From positions 18,388 through 82,387 of the forward strand of contig JBIJCF010000008.1 of NCBI GenBank assembly GCA_044344795.1: a DNA stretch of 64,000 nucleotides, in the 5' to 3' direction. This document shows, piece by piece, positions 45,886 through 58,226 of this stretch (the first letter of the stretch is position 1; the number at the start of each line of letters is the position of its first letter). The notes beneath the pieces are model-generated. The model ran no database searches. It was not told the DNA's origin and worked only from the letters and a program-made list of their open reading frames with translations. Source of the stretch: Bacteroidia bacterium (GTDB lineage Bacteria; Bacteroidota; Bacteroidia; Palsa-965). Made by a program: the position numbers and the translations under genes.

Positions 45886-48225
45886 ATGCAAAAGTTCATC
45901 CTTTCTACTATTTTTTCTGTACTGATTAGCTTCACCTTGTCTGCACAGCAAACTGCAACCATTCGTGGCACAGTAAGTAACGCCTCTTCAGGAGAAGCCA
46001 TCATCTTTGGAGTGGTTTACTTAGAAGGAACTTCTTTAGGCGTTCAGACTGACATCAACGGTTTCTATTCGTTAACTAAAATCCCTGCCGGCGACTATAC
46101 ATTGGTGTGTCAGCAAAGCGGGTTCGAACCAACAAAACTTCAGGTTTCCGTAAAAGCCGGACAAATTCTAAATCAAAATATTTCTCTTAAGGAAAAAGTG
46201 ATGAAAGAAGTCATCATCACCTCCGACAAAACAGAAAAAGAAGAAAACGTTCAGATTTCCACACAAACTATGGACCCTAAAACAATCAACATTGTTCCGT
46301 CCATTGGTGGTATTGCAGATATCGCGCAGTCGGTGCAAGTTTTACCGGGTGTTATTTCAACAGGCGACCAAGGTGGACAGTTGTACATTCGCGGTGGCTC
46401 ACCTATTCAGAATAAAGTTCTGATGGACGGCATGATTATTTATAACCCTTTCCACTCGATCGGCTTGTTCTCAGTTTTTGATACTGATGTTATCAAAAAC
46501 ATGGATGTATATACCGGCGGTTTCAATGCTGATTTCGGCGGTAGAATTTCATCTGTGATGGACATTACCACTCGTGATGGCAACAAAAAACGTTTTGGAG
46601 GTAAGGTTACTGCTTCTCCTTTCGGTTCAAAATTAATGTTGGAAGGCCCGATTCGCCGCATGAATGAAGAGAAACAAACGGGGTCGATTTCATACGTGCT
46701 TTCTGCAAAGAATTCATATCTGCGACAGACTTCAAAAGCATTGTATTCGTACATCGACACGAACGGACTTCCTTTTAACTTCAACGACTACTACGGTAAG
46801 GTAGCTTTTAATTCTCCAAACGGAAGTAAGTTGAACATCTTCGGATTTTTCTTCGATGATACCGTTTCTCGTTTCCGCGGATCTGCAGATTTGAAATGGA
46901 AAGCATTAGGTTTCGGCAGTAATTTCCAAGTGGTGCCGGGTTCGTCAACGACGCTGATCCGAGGTAATTTCGCGTATTCAAAATATGATATTGGCATGCG
47001 TGAAGATTTTTTCCAGCCACGCAATAGCTCTATCGATGGATTCAACATGGGATTAAACTTCACGTACTTTGAACGCAAAAACGTGATCAATTATGGAATT
47101 GAAGTGCTTGGATTCACCACTGCATTCAACTTTAGAAATGCAGTCAATCGTCTGATTGAACAAAATCAGTCGACTACGGAATTTGCCGCTTACGTAAAGT
47201 ACAAATGGGTAAGCAAGGAAACCAAACTGATAGTAGAACCAGGATTTCGTGTGCAGTATTATGCATCATTAAATAATGTAAGTCCGGAACCTCGACTAGG
47301 CTTCAAGTATAATATCACCAAGAAATTCCGCATGAAAGGTGCAACAGGTATGTATTCGCAAAACCTGATCAGCGCTGTTTCTGACCGCGATGTAGTGAAC
47401 TTATTCTATGGGTTCTTATCCGGTTCAGACAATTTACCTCGTGATTTCACGACACAAGACGGTGAAGATGTTGAACTCACTCACAAACTGCAGAAAGCGA
47501 ATCATTTCATTTTTGGATTTGAATGGGATCCAATTGACTCCACGCAGAAATTCGGTAATCTAACGATCAACATCGAAGGTTACTTGAAACAGTTTACACA
47601 ATTAACCAACTTAAATCGTAATAAACTATACGAAGACGACGAAACCAATGCGAATATTCCGGATCAATTGAAGAAGGACTTCATTATTGAAACCGGCAAT
47701 GCTTATGGTATTGACTTCCTGATGAAATACGAAAAAGATCGGTTATACCTGTGGGCTGTGTATTCATTGGGTTATGTGCGTCGCTGGGATGGAATTCAGC
47801 AATACCGTCCACATTTTGATCGTCGTCACAATGTGAATTTGGTAGGCGCGTATCGTTTTGGGAAACACGACAATTGGGAAGTAGATGTTCGCTGGAATTT
47901 CGGCTCGGGCTTACCATTTACACCAACTGCCGGATTCTTCGAGAATATCACCTTCCAAAACCTAACAACCGATTATACTTCTCAAAACGGCAGCTTAGGA
48001 ATTATTTATGGCGGTCTAAATTCCAGACAATTACCAACATATCACCGTTTGGATATGTCCATCAAAAAATGGTGGGAATTCAGTGAATTTTCCAAGCTGG
48101 AAGTAGCATTTAGCATCACGAACGCGTACAATCGGGCGAATATTTTCTACATCGACCGTGTAACTTTCAACCGTGTGGATCAGTTGCCGTTCATGCCTAG
48201 CCTTAGTGCCAACTACTCCTTCTAA
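45886..48225 (+). CDS. TonB-dependent receptor-like outer-membrane protein (carboxypeptidase-regulatory-like domain, plug, barrel)
   Basis: Signal peptide ending LSA-Q; TDINGFYSL; LPGV..YIRGG..QN...DG; GGFNADFGGRISSV; C-terminal ANYSF. Confidence 0.88.
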   Translation: MQKFILSTIFSVLISFTLSAQQTATIRGTVSNASSGEAIIFGVVYLEGTSLGVQTDINGFYSLTKIPAGDYTLVCQQSGFEPTKLQVSVKAGQILNQNISLKEKVMKEVIITSDKTEKEENVQISTQTMDPKTINIVPSIGGIADIAQSVQVLPGVISTGDQGGQLYIRGGSPIQNKVLMDGMIIYNPFHSIGLFSVFDTDVIKNMDVYTGGFNADFGGRISSVMDITTRDGNKKRFGGKVTASPFGSKLMLEGPIRRMNEEKQTGSISYVLSAKNSYLRQTSKALYSYIDTNGLPFNFNDYYGKVAFNSPNGSKLNIFGFFFDDTVSRFRGSADLKWKALGFGSNFQVVPGSSTTLIRGNFAYSKYDIGMREDFFQPRNSSIDGFNMGLNFTYFERKNVINYGIEVLGFTTAFNFRNAVNRLIEQNQSTTEFAAYVKYKWVSKETKLIVEPGFRVQYYASLNNVSPEPRLGFKYNITKKFRMKGATGMYSQNLISAVSDRDVVNLFYGFLSGSDNLPRDFTTQDGEDVELTHKLQKANHFIFGFEWDPIDSTQKFGNLTINIEGYLKQFTQLTNLNRNKLYEDDETNANIPDQLKKDFIIETGNAYGIDFLMKYEKDRLYLWAVYSLGYVRRWDGIQQYRPHFDRRHNVNLVGAYRFGKHDNWEVDVRWNFGSGLPFTPTAGFFENITFQNLTTDYTSQNGSLGIIYGGLNSRQLPTYHRLDMSIKKWWEFSEFSKLEVAFSITNAYNRANIFYIDRVTFNRVDQLPFMPSLSANYSF

Positions 48226-48250
48226 ATTTTCTTGAAATTCGTTAAAGATT

Positions 48251-48282
48251 GTAGTGCCGAGTAGCGCTACTCTCTTTCTTAT
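48251..48282 (+). terminator. Probable terminator of the TonB-dependent receptor gene
   Basis: gtagtgc-cgagta-gcgctac followed by tctctttctt; overlaps the perfect palindrome GAGTAGCGCTACTC (48259-48272). Confidence 0.4.
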
Positions 48283-48305
48283 TGCTACCTTTGAATCCCG
48301 GTTAG

Positions 48306-49949
<1,644 letters not shown>

Positions 49950-49959
49950 CGCCGTTTCA

Positions 49960-50214
49960 TTACATAGCACCCGTTTCAATTAAACGATGCTTCGACGTAA
50001 ACTCTTGTTCGTCGCTGTGAGCAATTCCATTATGCGCCGCTAATAAGTCTGCAATTAGCAATCGATCCGGGTAAATCTTCGCGACAAATTCACGGGCGAA
50101 ATACCTGTCGCCCATCCTGTAAACCTCCGTGAATCGTTCATCACTTTCAACGCGAAACCAATGCCTGTCGTTGGAGTATTTTCTGTACTGTGGAAATTCA
50201 GCAAATGCTTTCAT
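49960..50214 (-). CDS. Small conserved hypothetical protein
   Basis: 84-aa ORF that fills the gap between pyrG and the nuclease gene; FPQYRKY...WFRV...AKIYPDRLLIADL. Confidence 0.65.
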   Translation of the reverse strand: MKAFAEFPQYRKYSNDRHWFRVESDERFTEVYRMGDRYFAREFVAKIYPDRLLIADLLAAHNGIAHSDEQEFTSKHRLIETGAM

Positions 50215-50249
50215 GCCCCCGTTCGATTACTTAGATTTGTTCAATAGCT

Positions 50250-53096
50250 ATGTCGTTAACATTCCTGGACAAAGTTGCAGAATATATTTTGCGGCATCAC
50301 GGTGATCATCCCGAAAAACTTACCGTGGTTTTGCCGGGACGTCGTGGCATACTGTATCTGAAACGCAGTATCGGAAAAGCTGCGGCCATTCCACAGGTTG
50401 CACCACGAATCATCACAACAGAAGTTTTAGCAGAAGAATTGTCCGGATTGTTTATTGCTGATGCAACAACACAACTGGTAGAATTTTATCATATCTATCG
50501 AGAATCTGAAGGCTCTGATGCGGAATCATTTGATACTTTTTGTCAATGGGCACCTACACTATTGCATGATTTCAGCGATTGTGACAACTACCTCTGTGAC
50601 GCCACACAACTTTTTGGAAACCTCAGCGATATCAAAGGCATCGAAAACTGGAGCCTCGGTGCGCCGGAACTAACCGACTTTCAGAAAAAGTACCTCCACT
50701 TTTGGGAACAACTGGGCACGTGGTATCAATTGCTCAATAAGCGACTACTCGAATTAAATTCAGGAACTGCAGGTTATGTACAACGTATCGCTTTACAAAA
50801 CAGCGAACGCAGTAAGAACTTCATACTATTCTGTGGCTTCAATGCGCTAACAGCAGCGGAACGTAAGTTAATTGATGATTTACAAAAGACAGGAAAGGCA
50901 GCTTCTCTTTGGGATTACGATGAATATTATTTGAACAACGCATCATTCGAAGCAGGAATTTTCTTTCGTAAGAATCAACCTTTATTTGGCGCCGCGCGCG
51001 ATTTCGAACACATCGAAAACAAACTTAGTACGCAACACAAAACCATTAACATTATTGGCGCTGCAGGAGCAGTTGCGGAAGTACATGCTGCAGGTGAAGT
51101 GTTGAGCGTTTTGAGAGAAGAGGAATTGGCTCGCGCAACCACCGCATTAATTTTTGCGGACGAACAATTGCTGGTGCCGGCATTGCACGCGTTACCCGAC
51201 AACACAGGTGATATTAATGTCACCATGGGATATCCGGCTAAAACTGCTCCTATTGCATCGTTCGCTCAGACTGTATTCAACTTACAATTAAATGGCGAGC
51301 GCTTTAATATCAGAACGGCAAAAACCGGTCAGTTGAAATATTATCACCAAGATTTACTGCGCTTGTTCTCTCATCCTTACACATGCTACTTGTTAACCGC
51401 AGCATGTTGTTCAGAACTGGAAGCAGTAATTAAAAAACGTAACTATATTTTTTGTGCAGAGGAACAACTAACCGCATCAGTTACTGTTAAGCATTCGGAA
51501 TTACTATCGTTGCTGCTCACACCATGGAATGATGTTCTAACTGCATTGAAATGTTTGACCTCGTTAATGTTGAACATCAGAGATCGCCTCAATGAAGTAG
51601 CAGATGAAGCAACTCGCGGTGCAGTTCAAATGGAGCAGGAGTTTCTGTATGAGTTCTACCTCACACTGAATAAGACACATCATGTATTATCAAAATCGCC
51701 GGAAACTTTCACGCTCAAATCGTTGCGTGCGCTAATTCAACAGGCGCTGCAGCAAATTACCATTCCTTTCTACGGTGAGCCATTGAGCGGTCTGCAAATA
51801 ATGGGAATGCTCGAAACTCGAACTTTGGACTTTGACCGAATTATTGTTGCGGGTGTTAATGAAAATATTTTGCCCACGGGAAAATCACAACAGTCATTTA
51901 TCGTAAATGACCTGCGCAATTATTTTGAAATGCCTTCATGGAATGAAAAAGACGCTGTGTATGCTTATCACTTCTATCGTCTTTTACAACGTGCTAAAGA
52001 GATCACTTTAATTTACAACACAGAAACAGAAAATTCCCAGAGCAAAGAACGAAGTCGCTTTATTACTCAATTGCTATATGAACTTCCCGGCGTCAATCGT
52101 CAGGCAACGATTACTGAGCGCATGCATAGCTTCGCACATAGCGAAGAAAGCCAACAGCACACGCCAATAGTAATTCGTAAAACTCCTGCTATTCTTGAAA
52201 AATTGGAAACGTTAAATGCCAAAGGATTTTCTCCTTCCGCAATCAATACTTATCGTCAATGCTCCTTGCAATATTATTTCCGCTACGTACTGGGAATTTT
52301 TGAAGCTGAAGAAGTGGAAGAATCCGCAGGTGCAGCAACCATGGGAACACTTATTCACAAAGTACTACAAGACCTGTTTACGCCAATACTGCAACAACCG
52401 CTCAACCCAAAAACAATTGCCACGATGAGCGCTAAGGTCGAACAATTGGCCACGAGTGCTTTCATGGAGAAGTTTGCGGAAGAAGGTAAATTGATTGGCA
52501 AGAATTTACTTGCAAAAGAAATGGCGGTGTATATCGTTCGCCAGTTTCTGAAGTCGGAACAAACTAGAGTGGAACTCATCGACACTTTATATTTAGCAGA
52601 ATTAGAAAGTCCATTGCAACGCAATATTACTTTACCGACAGGAAAACAAATTAATTTTCAAGGAACAGCGGACCGGATCGACATAACGCCCTATGCAGTT
52701 TACCTCTTGGATTACAAAACAGGAAAGGTTGAAGCCAAACAACTGATGGTGAGTGACTGGGAATCGTTAACTCACGACACCTCCAAAGACAAGGCGTTCC
52801 AGTTGTTGCAATACGCATGGATGTACGAACCACGTTCACAAGGAAAAACTATTGTACCGGGAATTATTCCGCTGAAGTCCGCACAATACGCGCCTATGTT
52901 TCTTTCCGTTGATAATAGTACCGGGTTAAGTGAACAGCAACTCCAAAAATTCGAACAGCAACTAACCGCTATAATAACCGAGTTATTTGCAGACAACACA
53001 CCATTTGCGCCAACACCGGAAATAAAAACGTGTACCCGATGCCGGTTTAATACTACTTGTAAGAGAAATCAGAACGCCTCTGAAACGGATGTCTAA
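50250..53096 (+). CDS. AddB-like inactive helicase / PD-(D/E)XK nuclease with Fe-S cluster
   Basis: VVLPGRRG, GLQIMGMLETR.LDF, YHFYRLLQRA, FSPSAI..Y..C, G.ADRID..LDYKTG, Q...Y and CxxCxxxxxC. Confidence 0.88.
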   Translation: MSLTFLDKVAEYILRHHGDHPEKLTVVLPGRRGILYLKRSIGKAAAIPQVAPRIITTEVLAEELSGLFIADATTQLVEFYHIYRESEGSDAESFDTFCQWAPTLLHDFSDCDNYLCDATQLFGNLSDIKGIENWSLGAPELTDFQKKYLHFWEQLGTWYQLLNKRLLELNSGTAGYVQRIALQNSERSKNFILFCGFNALTAAERKLIDDLQKTGKAASLWDYDEYYLNNASFEAGIFFRKNQPLFGAARDFEHIENKLSTQHKTINIIGAAGAVAEVHAAGEVLSVLREEELARATTALIFADEQLLVPALHALPDNTGDINVTMGYPAKTAPIASFAQTVFNLQLNGERFNIRTAKTGQLKYYHQDLLRLFSHPYTCYLLTAACCSELEAVIKKRNYIFCAEEQLTASVTVKHSELLSLLLTPWNDVLTALKCLTSLMLNIRDRLNEVADEATRGAVQMEQEFLYEFYLTLNKTHHVLSKSPETFTLKSLRALIQQALQQITIPFYGEPLSGLQIMGMLETRTLDFDRIIVAGVNENILPTGKSQQSFIVNDLRNYFEMPSWNEKDAVYAYHFYRLLQRAKEITLIYNTETENSQSKERSRFITQLLYELPGVNRQATITERMHSFAHSEESQQHTPIVIRKTPAILEKLETLNAKGFSPSAINTYRQCSLQYYFRYVLGIFEAEEVEESAGAATMGTLIHKVLQDLFTPILQQPLNPKTIATMSAKVEQLATSAFMEKFAEEGKLIGKNLLAKEMAVYIVRQFLKSEQTRVELIDTLYLAELESPLQRNITLPTGKQINFQGTADRIDITPYAVYLLDYKTGKVEAKQLMVSDWESLTHDTSKDKAFQLLQYAWMYEPRSQGKTIVPGIIPLKSAQYAPMFLSVDNSTGLSEQQLQKFEQQLTAIITELFADNTPFAPTPEIKTCTRCRFNTTCKRNQNASETDV

Positions 53097-53338
53097 TGCG
53101 ACTATTCATACACAACATTTGAATGAATCACTTGTTATATTAATACAGGCGGTAAAGGTCTATTGTGAGCTATAATTTACTCGAGAAGAAAGATGATCGT
53201 AAATACCAATTTTCAATTCCACCGTAGTCTTAACTTTTGCTCATTCATGGAGCGCAATAGATCCCTGACAATTCGCTCATTGTAACAACTGGATACCATT
53301 AATTTACATCAACAGGATTAGCTTTAACTTTGCACCAT

Positions 53339-55177
53339 ATGGGTTATTCGTCATTAGAGCAATGTTTACTGGATCTGGAACGCCACGGCCAATTAGTGCG
53401 CATTAAAGAAGAGGTAGATCCGAATCTCGAAATGGCTGCAATACACCTCCGTATTCATGAGGCGGGAGGTCCTGCTATTTTATTTGAAAATGTAAAGGGA
53501 TCTCCATTTTGTGCAGCTTCAAATATTTTCGGAACGATTGAGCGATCACGTTTTATTTTTCGTGATGCTATCGATGATGTAAAAAATCTGGTGCGCATCA
53601 AATCCGATCCGATTCAGGCACTCAAACATCCGATAGATAATGCTAGTGCATTGTGGGCGGCATTGAAAGCATTACCGATGAAATCTATAGGCAGTGTTCC
53701 TGTAAAATATGGACAAACGTCCATTGACCAACTTCCGCTCATTAAGCATTGGCCCATGGATGGTGGTGCATTTGTTACGCTGCCCATTGTTTATACCGAA
53801 GATATCGATAAGCCGGGCATCATGAATTCCAATATCGGCATGTATCGCATTCAGCTTTCAGGAAATGATTACGAAATCAATAAAGAAATAGGACTTCATT
53901 ATCAATTGCACCGCGGCATTGGTGTACACCAAACTAAAGCGGCGGCACGTGGCGAAAAACTTAAAGTAAGTGTAGTGGTTGGTGGACCGCCCGCATTAAC
54001 GTTCGGTGCGGTAATGCCATTGCCTGAAGGAATGTCGGAGTTAACGTTTGCAGGAGTGTTAGGTAAACGTCGGGTGCGTCACACCATGCAACATGGATTC
54101 CGTTTACTTTCTGATGCGGACTTTGTGATCACAGGTGAAGTGATGACAGGTGAAAATAAGCCGGAAGGTCCGTTTGGAGATCACTTGGGATATTATAGCC
54201 TGAAACATCCATTCCCGGTGATGAAAGTACAACAGGTGTATCATCGCAAAAACGCAATATGGCCTTTCACTGTTGTGGGTCGACCGCCGCAGGAAGACAC
54301 CAGTTTTGGAGCCTTGGTTCATGAACTCACAGGCAGTGCAATTCCGGATCAAATTCCAGGATTAAAAGCTGTGCACGCTGTTGATGGTTCAGGTGTGCAT
54401 CCATTACTACTGGCCATCGGCAGCGAACGATATACACCATATCTGAATGATCGAAAACCTGCAGAAATTCTAACCATCGCTAATCACATTCTTGGATTCG
54501 GTCAACTATCGCTTGCGAAATATTTGTTCATCTGTGCACATGAAGATCAACCGAATCTAGATATTCATGATATTGAAAAGTTCTTCACACACATATTCGA
54601 ACGATTAGATTTCAAACGCGATTTACATTTCCATACGCAAACCAGCATTGATACTCTCGACTATAGCGGCACCGGTCTTAATTCCGGGTCTAAAGTAGTT
54701 TTTGCTGCTGCGGGTGCGCCACAACGGCAATTGCAAAGCGGCGACTCGATCAATTGGCCGGAGAATATCGGAAAAGTTCGTTCTGTTTTTCCGGGAGTTA
54801 TTGCAATTCAGAAAAATGGTTTTTCAGATCAAAAAAATGCAGAACACGAAATGCAATTATTAGCTGAACAAATTCGATCGTTGAATTGCACCGGAATAGC
54901 AATGACTGTTGTTTGCGATGACGCCGAATTCACTGCTGCCAACTTGCATAATTGGCTTTGGGTAACGTTTACGCGAAGCAATCCTTCCCATGATATTTAT
55001 GGTGTGAATAGTCGCTTCGTAAATAAGCATTGGGAATGTGAGAGTCCGGTAATTATTGATGCGCGAAAGAAACCGCATCACGCTCCGGAACTTATAAAAG
55101 ATACTACTACGGAAAATAAAATTGAACGGCTCTTTCAACCGGGTGCATCTTTGCACAATTGGCGTAATACACTGTAA
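53339..55177 (+). CDS. UbiD family prFMN-dependent decarboxylase
   Basis: LFENVKG, DGGAFVT, GMYR, EGPFGDHLGYYS and VGRPPQED; start ATG 53339 follows TAACTTTG (53325-53332). Confidence 0.92.
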   Translation: MGYSSLEQCLLDLERHGQLVRIKEEVDPNLEMAAIHLRIHEAGGPAILFENVKGSPFCAASNIFGTIERSRFIFRDAIDDVKNLVRIKSDPIQALKHPIDNASALWAALKALPMKSIGSVPVKYGQTSIDQLPLIKHWPMDGGAFVTLPIVYTEDIDKPGIMNSNIGMYRIQLSGNDYEINKEIGLHYQLHRGIGVHQTKAAARGEKLKVSVVVGGPPALTFGAVMPLPEGMSELTFAGVLGKRRVRHTMQHGFRLLSDADFVITGEVMTGENKPEGPFGDHLGYYSLKHPFPVMKVQQVYHRKNAIWPFTVVGRPPQEDTSFGALVHELTGSAIPDQIPGLKAVHAVDGSGVHPLLLAIGSERYTPYLNDRKPAEILTIANHILGFGQLSLAKYLFICAHEDQPNLDIHDIEKFFTHIFERLDFKRDLHFHTQTSIDTLDYSGTGLNSGSKVVFAAAGAPQRQLQSGDSINWPENIGKVRSVFPGVIAIQKNGFSDQKNAEHEMQLLAEQIRSLNCTGIAMTVVCDDAEFTAANLHNWLWVTFTRSNPSHDIYGVNSRFVNKHWECESPVIIDARKKPHHAPELIKDTTTENKIERLFQPGASLHNWRNTL

Positions 55178-55303
55178 ATCTTTGTAACCTTTACCCCGAT
55201 TGTGCATTGTAAGTGCACAGTAACGCCATTTGTGCAGCCAATTGTGAATAAGAGTAATATGGCCGCCGATTTTACGTTAACTTCATTGAATTAATTCCCT
55301 GAC

Positions 55304-57580
55304 ATGAAAAAATTGCTTCCCCTTCTCTCTCTCGTTATCGTAGTTAACACTTTGTGGTCGCAACAAACCGCACTACCCGATTTTTTCTATTGCCCGAGCC
55401 AAAAGTTCGCTAACAACTGGATTGACGAGCGCGAAAAAGCCGGCAATCCGATGAATGAAAAGGAAGTGGAGTTCACGCGGCGCATGTCATATTATGCGCA
55501 GCAACGCATGTTTTCGGGATTAGTGCGCTATAACGATTCCATGACGTTATATATTCGAAAAATCGCCAATGTTATTCTAGAGCATGATACCGCGCTAAAA
55601 TCAAAAGTTTCCTTTTTTGTTTTCGACGATCCCGATCCAAACGCTTTTGCATCTGCAACAGGAAACATTATGGTTACTACCGGGCTTATTGCTCAGGCCG
55701 AAAATGAAGCGCAATTGGCATTTATTCTATGCCATGAAGTGACCCATTTCAAGATGGAGCACATGTTGAAAGGATTCTTAACTCGTGAAGATCGCCGTAC
55801 AGACAAGAAAGCACCATATGTTCCTGTTACCAACTATTACACGTACAATAAAGAACAAGAGCTGGAAGCAGACAAAATGGGATTTGAGTTATTCCGCAAA
55901 ACGAAGTATAGTGCTAAAGAAGCGTTACGTTCATTTGATATTCTGGAATATTCCGACCTTCCTTTCGACGATGTTCAATTCGACACCTTGTTCTTTAACC
56001 GCGATTACATGGTAGTTCCTCCGGGATATTATGTAAAGAAAACAGATCCGATTTATTCTGATGATAATTACGAAGACCGCAATAGCACGCATCCTAATAT
56101 TCGCAAACGCAGAATGGCATTGATGGAGCTGGTAGACAGCACGTCCGAGGCCGGAAGAGTTCAGTTCATTGTTTCCAATAAAGAGTTTTCCAATGTTCGA
56201 GAACAGGCTCGTTACGAACTGTGTCGATTGTATTTAATGGAACGTCGTTATGGCGACGCCATTTACACCGCTTACTTGATGCAGAAAAGAAACCCGCAAG
56301 ACGAATATTTTAAATATGTAATTGCGTATTCATTGTATAATATGGCTGCCTATAAGCAAGAAAAAGGCGGTTATTACAATCCATGGATGTACGGATATAC
56401 CGGCTCAAAAATTTCAGCGCTCAATGCAAAAGGTTCATATCGTTTCCCAACTCCTAAAGGGCGTCCGGGCGAACAACAACAAGTGTATAGCTTGTTCAGT
56501 TCTGTGGAAGCGGATGAACTAACAGTATTAGCATTAGCTTATAACTGGGATTTGTATAAGTCAAATCCTGCCGACTCCGTGCAGTTTAAATTGTGCGACA
56601 GCTTGTTCTCCATGCTGGTAAATAAACAGAATCTGCATAGAAGCTATTTCTCGGTGATTACCCCGGAACAGACACGCGAACAACTAAAACAGGACTCTTT
56701 AAAGCGTGTTGCTGAAGTTGGAGAATTAGGAGAATCGAAATATTCTAAACTCGAGAAATTCCGCTTGGATTCACCAAAAGAGCGCTACGTGAAATTCGCT
56801 TTCGTCGATCAATTGAAAGATTCGTTGTTCGTGCAACGCTTCGATTACCACATTAAAAATCGTCGACCCTTAGCCGGTGATCAGTTAGATGAGATTCCAA
56901 GACTTACAAAAAAAGAACGCGAAGCAAAACGTGAAGAAGATAAAAAGTGGGGTCACGATATTTCACAAGTTTTAGTAATCGCACCTGGCTATACCGAATT
57001 AAAGCAAGTTAAACGTGGAGAACGTTCGGAGATGCAGTACGAAGAAAGTGAAAAAGGACAAGCGAACGTAATTCGAAACGTTAATGTGGCTGCAACATCA
57101 GCCAGTGTGAAATATAAACTGCTGAACCCGTTAAGCATGGACAGCACAGACGTGGAATCATTTGCTGATTACGCCGCCATTAATCGTTGGATTAACGAAC
57201 AAATGATTCACGGTCAACACAGCTATGCATACACGCTGAATAACCGACAAACAGTGGACTCCATCTCCACTACTTATGGTGTTAGTTATGTAGTGCTCAC
57301 AGATGTAACGGTGGACAAACGTAAAAAAATTCAACGCCCGGTGTTGTATGGCATGTCATGTGTATTTGTATTTCCGCTGTACAAATTATTTAAAGTTCAG
57401 GATGAACTGATAATTGAAAGTGCAGTCATTAATCTTAAAACAGGAAATGTTGTGGAATACAAGCGCACACGAACAAAAGGCAGAAAGCTCAATTCGAAGA
57501 TGCAGGAACACTACAACGAATTGTTCGCAAAGTTGTCGAAGCCGGTAAAGCCTAAAGGGAACGAGGAAAAATCAAAGTAA
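55304..57580 (+). CDS. Large secreted M48-family metalloprotease (paralog A)
   Basis: Signal peptide ending LWS-Q; PNAFA, EAQLAFILCHEVTH, QELEAD and STHP..R. Confidence 0.85.
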   Translation: MKKLLPLLSLVIVVNTLWSQQTALPDFFYCPSQKFANNWIDEREKAGNPMNEKEVEFTRRMSYYAQQRMFSGLVRYNDSMTLYIRKIANVILEHDTALKSKVSFFVFDDPDPNAFASATGNIMVTTGLIAQAENEAQLAFILCHEVTHFKMEHMLKGFLTREDRRTDKKAPYVPVTNYYTYNKEQELEADKMGFELFRKTKYSAKEALRSFDILEYSDLPFDDVQFDTLFFNRDYMVVPPGYYVKKTDPIYSDDNYEDRNSTHPNIRKRRMALMELVDSTSEAGRVQFIVSNKEFSNVREQARYELCRLYLMERRYGDAIYTAYLMQKRNPQDEYFKYVIAYSLYNMAAYKQEKGGYYNPWMYGYTGSKISALNAKGSYRFPTPKGRPGEQQQVYSLFSSVEADELTVLALAYNWDLYKSNPADSVQFKLCDSLFSMLVNKQNLHRSYFSVITPEQTREQLKQDSLKRVAEVGELGESKYSKLEKFRLDSPKERYVKFAFVDQLKDSLFVQRFDYHIKNRRPLAGDQLDEIPRLTKKEREAKREEDKKWGHDISQVLVIAPGYTELKQVKRGERSEMQYEESEKGQANVIRNVNVAATSASVKYKLLNPLSMDSTDVESFADYAAINRWINEQMIHGQHSYAYTLNNRQTVDSISTTYGVSYVVLTDVTVDKRKKIQRPVLYGMSCVFVFPLYKLFKVQDELIIESAVINLKTGNVVEYKRTRTKGRKLNSKMQEHYNELFAKLSKPVKPKGNEEKSK

Positions 57581-58225
57581 AATCCCAAACCCGCCGAAGA
57601 CGTTAATCATTTCCCGATAAAGTATTCTGCTTCCATAAAACGTAGCATGATTACCTTCCGTTGAATAATACAACGGTCCGCCACAACGCACACCAACGTT
57701 CCACACAAAGCGATCTTTTAGAACGTTTTGTACACCGTAACCTATAGAGCCCACTAAAGCAGTTGCATTACCAGGAATGCTACTCAACACATTAATGTCG
57801 GACGAAAACGAGTTTAGATTAGACCCGTCAATTTTGTACGCATAGGTTCCATAATTCAACTGTATTTCCCAGAATCTACCAATCGGAGCCAATCCTCCTT
57901 TCTTGCTAACAAACTGCTTCCAGGCCGCACCAAATTGCATCGAAGTAATACGATCTTGCTTTACAGCATAATCAGAAAAATGATGATTCCCTCCAAAATT
58001 GCTATAGTTAAACTGCAAGTCTAACTGCGAATAACGACCCACAATAAAACCTAAACGAGCTCCACCGGATGCATCGTATTGAGTTAAAAACTCTAAAATT
58101 CCAACAGGACGTGGAGCATACGCTGCTTGCACACCAACAATTACGCGCTTACCCAGATATCCACCCTGCGCGATAGCCATGCTTGCTGTCGCGAGAAATA
58201 GTGCTGTTGTTATAATCCTTTTCAT
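57572..58225 (-). CDS. Small outer-membrane beta-barrel protein
   Basis: Signal peptide ending AIA-Q, GGYLGKR, LAPIG.F; alternating strands; C-terminal FGGFGILL; 1 nt downstream of M48 paralog B. Confidence 0.7.
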   Translation of the reverse strand: MKRIITTALFLATASMAIAQGGYLGKRVIVGVQAAYAPRPVGILEFLTQYDASGGARLGFIVGRYSQLDLQFNYSNFGGNHHFSDYAVKQDRITSMQFGAAWKQFVSKKGGLAPIGRFWEIQLNYGTYAYKIDGSNLNSFSSDINVLSSIPGNATALVGSIGYGVQNVLKDRFVWNVGVRCGGPLYYSTEGNHATFYGSRILYREMINVFGGFGILL

Positions 58226-58226
58226 C

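Noticed and set aside
50250-53096. Cas4-like or anti-phage nuclease
   Set aside because: The architecture (degenerate helicase plus C-terminal Fe-S nuclease, about 950 aa) fits the housekeeping AddB-like repair subunit, and there are no cas genes or array.
53097-53324. 228-bp spacer between the AddB-like gene and ubiD as a hidden gene or ncRNA
   Set aside because: Only short interrupted frames with no recognisable motif, and no convincing stem-loop.
55198-55251. Repeated ttgtg(c/a)a words, a tgtgca/tgcaca hairpin and one DnaA-box-like TGTGAATAA as a possible oriC
   Set aside because: Only one consensus box in a 126-bp spacer, with no box cluster or unwinding element; a chance match or local operator cannot be distinguished.
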